A DNA stretch of 63,051 nt, filler included, from Octopus bimaculoides (lineage: Eukaryota): assembly GCF_001194135.2 (NCBI RefSeq). It is 4 parts of 4 records of this genome, joined end to end, with 100 filler letters (N's around TTAATTAATTAA, not from the genome) between each part and the next. Parts side by side here need not be neighbours in the genome. Positions count along the whole stretch, not along the records: positions 1 to 28,988 come from NC_068985.1; positions 29,089 to 37,893 come from NC_069008.1; 2 more parts are not named here. The stretch is one strand, 5' to 3'. The position numbers were made by a program, and so were the translations under genes. The notes beneath the pieces were generated by a model that saw only the letters and a program-made list of their open reading frames with translations, was not told where the DNA came from and made no database searches. The first letter of the stretch is position 1; every line of letters starts with the position of its first letter. This document shows positions 26,179-37,652 of the stretch, in pieces.

Positions 26179-26270
26179 CAGAACGGTCTTTATCCTAAGT
26201 TTATCTATCTATCTATCTATCTATCTATCTCTGTTTCTATCTATCTATATATATATATGTATATATATAT

Positions 26271-26331
<61 letters not shown>

Positions 26332-26600
26332 AACATATATGCATATAAATATATATATACGACGGGTTTCTTTCTATATATGCATGTATGTATATATTTC
26401 TGTGTGTGTGTGTGTGTGTGTGCGTGCAGTTGCGTTTGTCGCTGCACTGCTTGACGATCGACATTCATTTGTTTACGTGCCCATAACATGGCGGTTCACC
26501 AAAAACTGACGAGTAGAATAAGCAACAGAATTAAAAGAATCCCTGGAATCGATTTGTCTCAATCAAAACCGTGATTGCAGTGCTCCAGCACAGCCACCTT
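25975..26600 (+). mobile_element. SINE family C, head to tail, with about 330-bp internal microsatellite core
   Basis: Head TTGCTTCCCAACCACATGGTTTC...CCTTGGGCAAATG...GGTAGACGGAAAG...CCCGTCG, then TG/TA/TCTA/CA repeats (26100-26430), then tail CTTGACGATCG...GTTTACGTGCCCATAAC...GTGCTCCAGCACAGCC. Confidence 0.8.
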
Positions 26601-26732
26601 TCCTAACATAATGACCAAATATATTTGAACAAGCAAACGTATATACACTATGCATATACATATAGAGCGATATACGCAAACATATACCGATAGGTAAATG
26701 CATAGAGATAGACAGAGAGATATTAGAGTATC

Positions 26733-26782
<50 letters not shown>

Positions 26783-27110
26783 AAGGATACGTACATATAC
26801 ATACATACGTACATACATGCATATGAAATTACATGTATATATGTACACACAATATAATCAAAAATATGCCCACAAACACAGACAATCAAGCACGTCAAAC
26901 ATACATACATACATGCATACATAGAGTCCTACATTTACAGACACCGAATCTCACTTACGAATGTCTGTGTCGAGTGCCACAGAGATGGATTGCTATGTTG
27001 CCCCTCTGATGCATAGGACATCACCACGGTTTTAAATAACACCCTCCGAAGATACATCACTAGTATATATTATATTGCAGCACTCTAAGGCAAACCCACA
27101 TATACATAAA

Positions 27111-27143
<33 letters not shown>

Positions 27144-27915
27144 GTATATATATATATATANNNNNNNNNNNNNNNNNNNNNNNNNNNNNNNNNNNNNNNN
27201 NNNNNNNNNNNNNNNNNNNNNNNNNNNNNNNNNNNNNNNNNNNNNNNNNNNNNNNNNNNNNNNNNNNNNNNNNNNNNNNNNNNNNNNNNNNNNNNNNNNN
27301 NNNNNNNNNNNNNNNNNNNNNNNNNNNNNNNNNNNNNNNNNNNNNNNNNNNNNNNNNNNNNNNNNNNNNNNNNNNNNNNNNNNNNNNNNNNNNNNNNNNN
27401 NNNNNNNNNNNNNNNNNNNNNNNNNNNNNNNNNNNNNNNNNNNNNNNNNNNNNNNNNNNNNNNNNNNNNNNNNNNNNNNNNNNNNNNNNNNNNNNNNNNN
27501 NNNNNNNNNNNNNNNNNNNNNNNNNNNNNNNNNNNNNNNNNNNNNNNNNNNNNNNNNNNNNNNNNNNNNNNNNNNNNNNNNNNNNNNNNNNNNNNNNNNN
27601 NNNNNNNNNNNNNNNNNNNNNNNNNNNNNNNNNNNNNNNNNNNNNNNNNNNNNNNNNNNNNNNNNNNNNNNNNNNNNNNNNNNNNNNNNNNNNNNNNNNN
27701 NNNNNNNNNNNNNNNNNNNNNNNNNNNNNNNNNNNNNNNNNNNNNNNNNNNNNNNNNNNNNNNNNNNNNNNNNNNNNNNNNNNNNNNNNNNNNNNNNNNN
27801 NNNNNNTATATATATATATTTACGTATATATATATATAAATTCATATACACACATATTGACACGTACATATGCTTACACATATACATACATACAAGCATA
27901 CGTATATATATATAA

Positions 27916-27948
<33 letters not shown>

Positions 27949-28954
27949 TGTATGTAAGCATGCCTGTACGTATGTGTATATACATAGATATGTATGTATG
28001 TGTGTATGTATGTATGCGTGTATATGTGTATGTATGTATGTATGTATGTATGTATGTCGAGAGTGCAGCACAGCAGAGAGATGGATTGCTGCGTTGGTTG
28101 CCAATCTGATACACAGGACATCATGAGCTTGGTTTTAAATAACACCTACTGGAGCTACATCTATACACGCCAATCCACACCCATCGTGAACTCTCACTCT
28201 GTCTCGTAGACACACACACACAGACACACACACACACACACACTAACACACGCATGCACAAACGCACACACTGGCACGCGCACACACATCCCTTCGATCA
28301 GCCACGCCGCCAACAGCATCACCAAGACATCAATGTGACCCACTCCACCTCTTTCTTGATAAGTAAACGATGACTGGCGGCAGATTCCTTGCAACTAACA
28401 TAGCACGGTGTACGTAGCTAAGCTTGGTTTACCAACTTGAGTTTCAGTTTAAATGAGAATTAATGGTTTCACTTTAAAGAATACAAAATAGAGAATCGGG
28501 CAAATGGTTTGCTCGTATTTCATTCACATCTCATTCTTCCTAATAGATTTTAACATGCACGCATCAACCATCTATATGTCTACACACCTGTATACATATA
28601 CTTCTCAATACATGCATGCATCCATGCATACATACATGTATATACATACATACATGTATATATATATACATACATGTACATATATAATATATACAAGTGT
28701 AAATGCATATACATATACATTCACATTTTTGTATGAATATGTGTTTGTTTGTATATGTGTATATATATATATATAAAAATATATATATATATATATGAAT
28801 GCATAAATGTATATGTATATATGTGTGTGTGTGCGTGTGTGTGTGTATGTATTTTTATTTATACATTCGCATGTATACATAGATATATATATATACGTAC
28901 ACGTATACTTATACATTTATATATATACATAATATATATACATAATATATATGC

Positions 28955-28988
<34 letters not shown>

Positions 28989-29088
28989 NNNNNNNNNNNN
29001 NNNNNNNNNNNNNNNNNNNNNNNNNNNNNNNNTTAATTAATTAANNNNNNNNNNNNNNNNNNNNNNNNNNNNNNNNNNNNNNNNNNNN
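28989..29088. other. Artificial 100-bp scaffold join (44 N + TTAATTAATTAA + 44 N)
   Basis: The same structure occurs at three sites; the 12-mer gives stop codons in all six frames. Confidence 0.95.
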
Positions 29089-29984
29089 TATATATATACA
29101 TATATATTTATATATATAAATCTATAGTAATATATTATATATATTTATATGTATATATATGTGTGTGTGTGTGTGTTGTGTGGTGTTTGTATATATGTTT
29201 ATATCTATGCATATGTATATTTAATGCACACTGGAACGTTATTCCGAAGAAGAGAAATAAATTCTCATATTTGAAACCTTCATCGGGCATAACCAAAGAA
29301 TACATCACACGGTTCCTCTATCATTGATCTACGGGCAAAACGAATAATGGGCCATTCATAGGTTAATGCCTCACCGTTTCATAGGTTGTTGACCGCTCAT
29401 TAGCGTTAACGTTACGTCCACGACTTCTTTCTCTCGCAATCTGTAACACACTCTTCGTATTCGTCTTGCGTTTCCATTTACCTCACCAACCAAATTTCCT
29501 TATCAGCTCCTCATCATTATTTAGGCTCCCCATCGTCTCACTCCACTTATTTTGACCGCTCTTTTTAATTATTTTTCTGTGACGTTTGTTCCCTCGCAGA
29601 ACCGTTAACAATTCTTTTTTTTTTTTTTTCTTTTTAGCCTATTTTATTGATTCTCTCTCTTCCATGTCAAAATCGTTTTTCTCTCTATTTTCTTATATTA
29701 ATATATATTAGCGACAGAGGCAATATTAAGACAGATTCGTTAGCGATATACACAAGCGAGCATTTTTGCACCAAAACCCTAGATGAGAGCTCCTCTCAAG
29801 GTACCTACATGCAGTAAATTTCATGCAGTAATTTCGAAAGATTTGGTTTTGAGGATGCATTCTTGTTCCTTTTACGATGTGTCCTGTCCAGTATGCCCTA
29901 GAGATATTTAATAGGATTCATATCAGGTGACTGGTTTGGCCATGGAAACTTCGATCACAGAATAGCGTCTGTGTTTCACTACTG

Positions 29985-30122
29985 ATGATTATTATGTGTG
30001 GGGTGCAGTGGAGCGAGAGACCAAAGATGAACTGAAGGCAGCATTCACCAACTTAAACAAGGAAACCGTTGCAGGAGATTCCGGAGAGCGTGGTGGAAGC
30101 CAATGGCGATATTACTGAATAA
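29985..30122 (+). mobile_element. DD37D-like transposase C-terminal fragment
   Basis: DYYVWGAVERETKDELKAAFTNLNKETV...VVEANGDITE*; same type as 15640-16194. Confidence 0.75.
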
Positions 30123-30229
30123 ATTTACTCTTTAGTATTTCAAGATATCTTTATATGATTTTGGTAAATATGTCTGTTACAATGAGATGTCAGTGTTATT
30201 TGCATTTTTGCGAAACTTGACCCAATCCT

Positions 30230-30344
30230 GTATATATGTGGGTCTCTTATGCCGCACCGCTAAGTTACATGGACGCAAACACACCAGCATCAATGATCAA
30301 GTGTTGATGGGGGGGGAGCACACATACACACATACATATATATA
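30230..30344 (-). mobile_element. SINE family C fragment abutting a microsatellite and gap
   Basis: GGTCTCTTATGCCGCACCGCTAAGTTACATGGACGCAAACACACCAGCATC matches the family C body. Confidence 0.75.
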
Positions 30345-30707
30345 NNNNNNNNNNNNNNNNNNNNNNNNNNNNNNNNNNNNNNNNNNNNNNNNNNNNNNNN
30401 NNNNNNNNNNNNNNNNNNNNNNNNNNNNNNNNNNNNNNNNNNNNNNNNNNNNNNNNNNNNNNNNNNNNNNNNNNNNNNNNNNNNNNNNNNNNNNNNNNNN
30501 NNNNNNNNNNNNNNNNNNNNNNNNNNNNNNNNNNNNNNNNNNNNNNNNNNNNNNNNNNNNNNNNNNNNNNNNNNNNNNNNNNNNNNNNNNNNNNNNNNNN
30601 NNNNNNNNNNNNNNNNNNNNNNNNNNNNNNNNNNNNNNNNNNNNNNNNNNNNNNNNNNNNNAGACAGACAGACAGACATATATATATATATATATATATA
30701 TATAGAT

Positions 30708-30773
<66 letters not shown>

Positions 30774-30905
30774 GCATATGGACGTACGCATGTACGTATA
30801 TATATACCTATTTGTCTATCTATCTATTCCAAGTATATTTATCTATATTTGCATACATGCTATGTTAGCGCGCGCAGGTGTATAACAGAATGAGGTTGCT
30901 GACAG

Positions 30906-30925
30906 TGACGTCAGCGCTGACGTAA
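30906..30925. promoter_or_regulatory. Tandem CRE-like bZIP sites forming a palindrome
   Basis: TGACGTCA (30906-30913) and TGACGTAA (30918-30925); ACGTCAGCGCTGACGT (30908-30923) is a perfect 16-bp palindrome. Function is untested. Confidence 0.35.
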
Positions 30926-31091
30926 TCATGAAAAAACACTTACTTTGATGATGTAACAATATTTATTCTAAGTCGAACACCTAAGCCTATACTGGTTGGG
31001 CAGTTGATGCAGCAACGGCGTCGTTGCTGGCTCTATGCAGACACACACATATACGCGCGCAGGTTTATACTTATATAAATGTGTATGTGTT

Positions 31092-31143
<52 letters not shown>

Positions 31144-31769
31144 TCTTTTGTTATATGTTTGGCGGCATAAATGCGGGGTTAAACAGCAGTTCCTTATATA
31201 TTAAGCCATATAGCTATATATTTCCTCTCTTTCATTGCCCCTATCTATCTATCTTACTATCTATATATCTATCTATCTGCCTATCTCAGTCTATCTATCT
31301 ATCTATTTATATCTATCTATCTATCTATTTATCTATCTATCTTTCTATCTATCTCTGGCATCGTCCCCTATTGGTCCGCCACATTTAGGTGGCAAATGTA
31401 CTGGACCCATGTGGCTGGGAAGCGAGCTTCTTATTTCTTTATTGCCCACACAACCCCTCCAGCCGATGTATATAAAAGGCTTTTCTGTTGTTTCACTCAT
31501 TCGACTGCAGCCATCATAGAGCACCGCCTTGATGCAATGTTTAGCCGAACAAATCAACCGCCGTACTTATGTTCTTAAGCCCGACTCCTTACCAATAGAG
31601 AAAGAATCGGTTTCTAACCTAGATCCATGGTTCCTTCATTGGAATTTCAACATCAACAACAGGGTATTTTTGTTTGTATGTATGTATGTATGTATGTATG
31701 TGTGCAGATTTGTATGTTTTACTTTATGCATGTATTGTAGACCTGCTCATATATATGCATATCTAGACC

Positions 31770-32345
31770 TGCTCATATATATTTCAATGGTAAACTTCAG
31801 GGAAGTTTTACAGATTTTTACAGTCCCAATGATGGCTTGGGTCTGTAATCTTCGAATCAGCTTTTTCCTTTCTGGCTTTGAGAAACCTAATTTCTCAAAA
31901 TTGGTATTTAGGCAGTGTGTTACATAGCATAAAGCCCCAATAATTACAGGTATAAATCTGAACTTGTAATCTGGATAGAATAACTGCAGATTTCTCAATA
32001 GTTCAGCACAGGTGTTCTCTTTTTCACTGGGCAGCTAATTTCCACTGGGCAGCTAATTTCCACAACTGTGCACAGTTTCTCTTCTCAATCCCAAATCATA
32101 ATATCAGGTCTGTTGTGCTTACATTTTATTGAGGTCTTCACTGGGATATTGCACCACCATTCCTTTTTATGGTTATGGCTTCTGTCGTATTGTAGGTTTT
32201 TATTTCTTTGTCATCAGGATTATCCTTCCGACGGATTTCATAATAGAGTGTCCTAGCTGCAATGTCATGTCTCATTGGTAGATAATACCGTGATGACATT
32301 TTCGCACAACTGCTTATGATGTGGGTGACTGCTCCAATGCGAACT
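31770..32345 (-). mobile_element. RLE-bearing non-LTR retrotransposon (R4/Dong-like), C-terminal fragment
   Basis: Zinc-knuckle end VTHIISSC, RHD motif, KHNRPDIMIWD, VVEISCP, and EKE...LLRNLQLFYPDYKFRFIPVIIGAL. This is the restriction-like endonuclease domain layout. An 18-bp internal duplication gives EISCPVEISCPV. Confidence 0.88.
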
Positions 32346-32653
32346 CATGTTTGTATGTATGTTTGTATGTATGTATACTCAAATAAGTTAACAGAAAATT
32401 GATATGCTATATAAAAGAGTTGGAATTACAAATTTTATTTTACAGTAAATGGTTTCTGGCTTGTGATCGTCAGATAATTCATGGATACACAATCGCTAGT
32501 TGAGTTAAGGTACTCATGAAAGATTGAAGATAGACTAACAGATAGAGAGAGTGAGAGCGAAATAGTTCAATATATAGGTAGGTAGATAGATAGATCGGTA
32601 GATAGATACATAGAATGCATAGAAAAGATCGATTGAACGCTAGACAGACAGAC

Positions 32654-32707
<54 letters not shown>

Positions 32708-33208
32708 CCAGCTTGAAGATAAGTATCCATCTAAAGGCATATCTAGAAAGAGAGACGTTCGGTAAAAAAAAAGTACCCAACACACATACACACACTCACA
32801 CGCACCCGAGTACACACACACACACAGATACACAGAGACACACAGACAGACAGCCGGGCAGACAGATCTGTTGTATACATATTTTCTGAGGGAACGAAAA
32901 AAATTGTAATACAAAGAATTAATTGACGAAGGGAAAAAATCCAATTTCTCGCTTCAAATCTAAACAGAACATTATCATTTTGCGGTATGTATTGTTACAC
33001 AACCGCACTTCCCCTGGGGCCGAATATGAAAATATATGTAGAGCACCAAGCACATTAGTGTGTGTGTGTGTATAAATATATGTGTGTGAGTGTATGAATG
33101 TGGTGTCTATACGTGTATGTGTGTGAGTATGTGTATATATGTGTGTATGTGGACTCTGTGTGCTTCTGCATCTGTGAGAGTGGGTATATGAACATTTGTG
33201 CATCTGTG

Positions 33209-33239
<31 letters not shown>

Positions 33240-33479
33240 NNNNNNNNNNNNNNNNNNNNNNNNNNNNNNNNNNNNNNNNNNNNNNNNNNNNNNNNNNNNN
33301 NNNNNNNNNNNNNNNNNNNNNNNNNNNNNNNNNNNNNNNTGCCACGCAGTGGGACTGAACCCGGAACCATGTGGTTGGTAAGCAAGGTAACTTATTCGCT
33401 TTCAGGATCTGGTGGCCAGACAAAATTTCAAACAGAAGTGTGTGGGATAGAATGAACTAGACTCTCATCGATCAAGAAA

Positions 33480-33590
33480 TTCTGAAATGAACGTAAACAC
33501 AGACGAAATACCGCTAAGCATTTTGCCCGGCGTGATAACGATCCGCCATTTTGCCCGGCATGATAACGATCCGCCATTTTGCCTCCTAAG
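33480..33590 (-). mobile_element. SINE family B head fragment with 28-bp tandem duplication
   Basis: GACGAAATACCGCTAAGCATTTTGCCCGGCGTG matches 738-768. Unit CATTTTGCCCGGCRTGATAACGATCCGC occurs at 33519 and 33547. Confidence 0.75.
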
Positions 33591-34815
33591 ATCCCGCCAA
33601 AAATATAACAGAATCACTCGAACGTTATATATTTTTATGTATCACTCTACAATGGGTTTTGACATGGAACAGAAGCTCTCTTATATAAGTGTTTCTCTTC
33701 AACGACTAATAGAATTTCTGCCTTTCCCATGAAAGCGTTTTATCGCTAATAGATAGGAACCTTCGCGCTACCTTTTGTTTTATATCCAAGATAAATGGTT
33801 TCGTGGTGCTGAAGTGGGATGTGGCGTTGGTAGGTGAGCTGAGAATAAGTTAATGTCCCCTTCTATTTATCTATAGATTTATATATATCTATATCTATCT
33901 ACACAACTGTCTATTTATCTGCGTTTTCTTGTACGTGTGTATCTCTGTCTCTAAACATCTATCTATCAATTTGTCTCCCAATCTATTCAAACATGTTTGT
34001 GTGTGCGTNNNNNNNNNNNNNNNNNNNNNNNNNNNNNNNNNNNNNNNNNNNNNNNNNNNNNNNNNNNNNNNNNNNNNNNNNNNNNNNNNNNNNNNNNNNN
34101 NNNNNNNNNNNNNNNNNNNNNNNNNNNNNNNNNNNNNNNNNNNNNNNNNNNNNNNNNNNNNNNNNNNNNNNNNNNNNNNNNNNNNNNNNNNNNNNNNNNN
34201 NNNNNNNNNNNNNNNNNNNNNNNNNNNNNNNNNNNNNNNNNNNNNNNNNNNNNNNNNNNNNNNNNNNNNNNNNNNNNNNNNNNNNNNNNNNNNNNNNNNN
34301 NNNNNNNNNNNNNNNNNNNNNNNNNNNNNNNNNNNNNNNNNNNNNNNNNNNNNNNNNNNNNNNNNNNNNNNNNNNNNNNNNNNNNNNNNNNNNNNNNNNN
34401 NNNNNNNNNNNNNNNNNNNNNNNNNNNNNNNNNNNNNNNNNNNNNNNNNNNNNNNNNNNNNNNNNNNNNNNNNNNNNNNNNNNNNNNNNNNNNNNNNNNN
34501 NNNNNNNNNNNNNNNNNNNNNNNNNNNNNNNNNNNNNNNNNNNNNNNNNNNNNNNNNNNNNNNNNNNNNNNNNNNNNNNNNNNNNNNNNNNNNNNNNNNN
34601 NNNNNNNNNNNNNNNNNNNNNNNNNNNNNNNNNNNNNNNNNNNNNNNNNNNNNNNNNNNNNNNNNNNNNNNNNNNNNNNNNNNNNNNNNNNNNNNNNNNN
34701 NNNNNNNNNNNNNNNNNNNNNNNNNNNNNNNNNNNNNNNNNNNNNNNNNNNNNNNNNNNNNNNNNNNNNNNNNNNNNNNNNNNNNNNNNNNNNNNNNNNN
34801 NNNNACATACATACA

Positions 34816-34851
<36 letters not shown>

Positions 34852-35208
34852 TATGTGCATGCATGCATGTATGTATGTATATATATAAATATATACGAAC
34901 TTCTTCGACCGCTAAATTTGTCCTCGTTGAAGCTGTACATTAGTAATTCCTCTTTATACTCGATAATGGCCGTATTTTATTGCTCCTTAAACATAATGCA
35001 CGTCAGTGTCAGCCTTACAGGACCCATCATCACAAGCACACACACACATACATACACATGCATATGCATGCATACAAACACACATGCATACGCGCACAAA
35101 ATATGTATACGTCAATATATATATATATATGTACATATACATACATATATGTTTGTGTATGTATGTGTGCGTGTGTAACTGTGTGTGTATGCGCATATGT
35201 GTGCGCAT

Positions 35209-35288
<80 letters not shown>

Positions 35289-35522
35289 TTTGTGTGTGTG
35301 CGTTTGTGCATATATACATATACGTGTGTGAGTCTACATGCATATATGTATATATGTGTGTATGTGCGCGTATAGATATACATATGTATGGTCGTATATC
35401 TGTGAGTATACATACATATATGTCCGTATATATTTGTGTGTGTACATGTGTACGTGTGTATGTGTGTATGTGCGCGTATATATATGTATGGTTGTATATG
35501 TGTGAGTATACATATATATATG

Positions 35523-35563
<41 letters not shown>

Positions 35564-36207
35564 CGAGATTCCTGTGGCACTTTTGTTGTAGGAACTGGCA
35601 TTGAAGTTCGCCCAGGAAAAGAGGAATCGAAGTGCTGCCACAATGGTACAGGGAGCGAAGGAAAGGTTGCGACAGAGTACCCTGGTTGGGATNNNNNNNN
35701 NNNNNNNNNNNNNNNNNNNNNNNNNNNNNNNNNNNNNNNNNNNNNNNNNNNNNNNNNNNNNNNNNNNNNNNNNNNNNNNNNNNNNNNNNNNNNNNNNNNN
35801 NNNNNNNNNNNNNNNNNNNNNNNNNNNNNNNNNNNNNNNNNNNNNNNNNNNNNNNNNNNNNNNNNNNNNNNNNNNNNNNNNNNNNNNNNNNNNNNNNNNN
35901 NNNNNNNNNNNNNNNNNNNNNNNNNNNNNNNNNNNNNNNNNNNNNNNNNNNNNNNNNNNNNNNNNNNNNNNNNNNNNNNNNNNNNNNNNNNNNNNNNNNN
36001 NNNNNNNNNNNNNNNNNNNNNNNNNNNNNNNNNNNNNNNNNNNNNNNNNNNNNNNNNNNNNNNNNNNNNNNNNNNNNNNNNNNNNNNNNNNNNNNNNNNN
36101 NNNNNNNNNNNNNNNNNNNNNNNNNNNNNNNNNNNNNNNNNNNNNNNNNNNNNNNNNNNNNNNNNNNNNNNNNNNNNNNNNNNNNNNNNNNNNNNNNNNN
36201 NNNNNNN

Positions 36208-36378
36208 TCTTACTCTTTCTTCCTGTTTCTGTTGTGCCTGTAATTCAAAGGGTCAGCCTTGTCACGCTGAACATCTCCGAGAACTACGTTAAGGGTACAC
36301 GTGTCTGTGGAGTGCTCAGCCACTTGCACGTTAACTTCACGAGCAGGCTGTTCCGTTGATCAGATCAACTGGAACCCT
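36208..36378 (+). mobile_element. SINE family A, 3' half (plus orientation)
   Basis: Reverse complement of the 3' half of the copy at 15051-15426; the 5' part is lost in an N gap. Confidence 0.9.
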
Positions 36379-36644
36379 TAACGTAGTTCTCGGGGATATT
36401 CAGCGTGACACAGTGTGACAAGGCTGGCCCCTTTGAATTACAGGTACAACAGAAACAGGAAGTAAGAGTGAGAGAAAGTTGTGGTGAAAGAGTGCAACAG
36501 GCTTCCCCACAAGTCCTTGCTGGAGCCTCGTGGAGCAGTAGGTGTTTTCGCTCAATAAACACTCACTAGGCCTGGTCTGGGAAACGAAACCGCAATCCTA
36601 TGACCGCGAGTCCGCTGCCCTAACCACTGAGCCATTGTGCCTCC
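36374..36644 (-). mobile_element. SINE family A, 3'-truncated (minus orientation)
   Basis: Head ends at CCATTGTGCCTCC (36644); body matches the copy at 15.05 kb; joined to the plus copy at ACCCT (36374-36378). Confidence 0.9.
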
Positions 36645-36776
36645 ATGCCACTTTATAACGTGGACATATAACAAGGTTGTAACAATACACATATAATTCA
36701 GAAACAATACGGAACAAGCAATATCTTTACATTATTTAACATTCGACGGATATTTGTCCTCATCTTGTTTGTTGTT

Positions 36777-36822
36777 AACACAACGTTTCGGCTGATATAA
36801 CCTCCAGCCTTCATCAGGTGTC
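36777..36822 (-). ncRNA. Minimal type I hammerhead ribozyme motif of the Penelope-associated kind
   Basis: Minus strand reads GACAC-CTGATGA-A-GGCTG-gaggttatat-CAGCC-GAA-ACGT-T-GTGTT. The core boxes are intact; helix I is GACAC/GTGTT, helix II is GGCTG/CAGCC, and helix III is the palindrome ACGU. Confidence 0.8.
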
Positions 36823-36839
36823 TTTGACCATTTCCATTC

Positions 36840-36958
36840 ACAAAGCTTTGATCGGCCCGAGGATATAGTAAAAGACACATGCCTAAGGTCCCACGCACTG
36901 AGATTGAACCCGGCACCGTGTGGTTGGGATGCAAGCTTCTCCCTACATAGCCACACCA
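36840..36958 (-). mobile_element. SINE family C head
   Basis: Sense GGTGTGGCTATGTAGGGAGAAGCTTGCATCCCAACCACACGGTGCCGGGTTCAATCTCAGTGCGTGGGACCTTAGGCATGTGTC. Confidence 0.8.
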
Positions 36959-37360
36959 ACAATAAAAACGCATTTTATAATTACCGTTTTGAAATATACT
37001 TCAATATGCATAAAACTACTTAAATTAGCTACTGGCGTGGGTGTGTGGAAAATCCGCAATTGTTTATACGTGGTGATTATCAAGGTTAATTAACCTAGCT
37101 TAATTACAGTTTTAAAGATTATTTCATTAACATGTCGCTGCCGTTCTTGGTTGCTTTACTGCGTCACTTCCATGTTATAACAGAGTCCAAATGTGATAGG
37201 TCTGTCCTCGTTTATCACTGATTCGGGGATAAGGCGGTACAATTAGTTGTGAAAACCTGTCACGTTTATCACGGACTGATCTGCGGATAACACGGGTCGG
37301 CTGCGATCATTCAAAGATTCTGTTTGACCGATCGAGTGAGATAGATAGATATATAGATAA

Positions 37361-37420
<60 letters not shown>

Positions 37421-37652
37421 GAGACAGACATACAGACAGAGACTGACACATAGATACATTGAGAGAGTAAGACAGACTGACAAACTGACTCAACATACAG
37501 GTCAAGATTTCCCGACCATAATTTAGAGCCAAAATATGCATATCAACTTATACACCAAGAATACTTTGGCGGATCAAGAATTTCATACGAATCGTAGCAG
37601 GATTTGGAAAAAAAACCCGATGATGTCTGACGCTTTACACCACACGTTTACC

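Noticed and set aside
29240-29300. Degenerate hammerhead-like remnant on the minus strand (CCGATGAAGG...AACGTT)
   Set aside because: Core U4 is mutated, the GAAA box is absent and helix I does not pair; at most a dead relic.
31365-31505. ATTGG, TATATAAAAGG and TCATTC spaced like a CCAAT/TATA/Inr promoter
   Set aside because: The Inr-like motif is part of a SINE C tail, and TATA-like strings are common in this AT-rich DNA.
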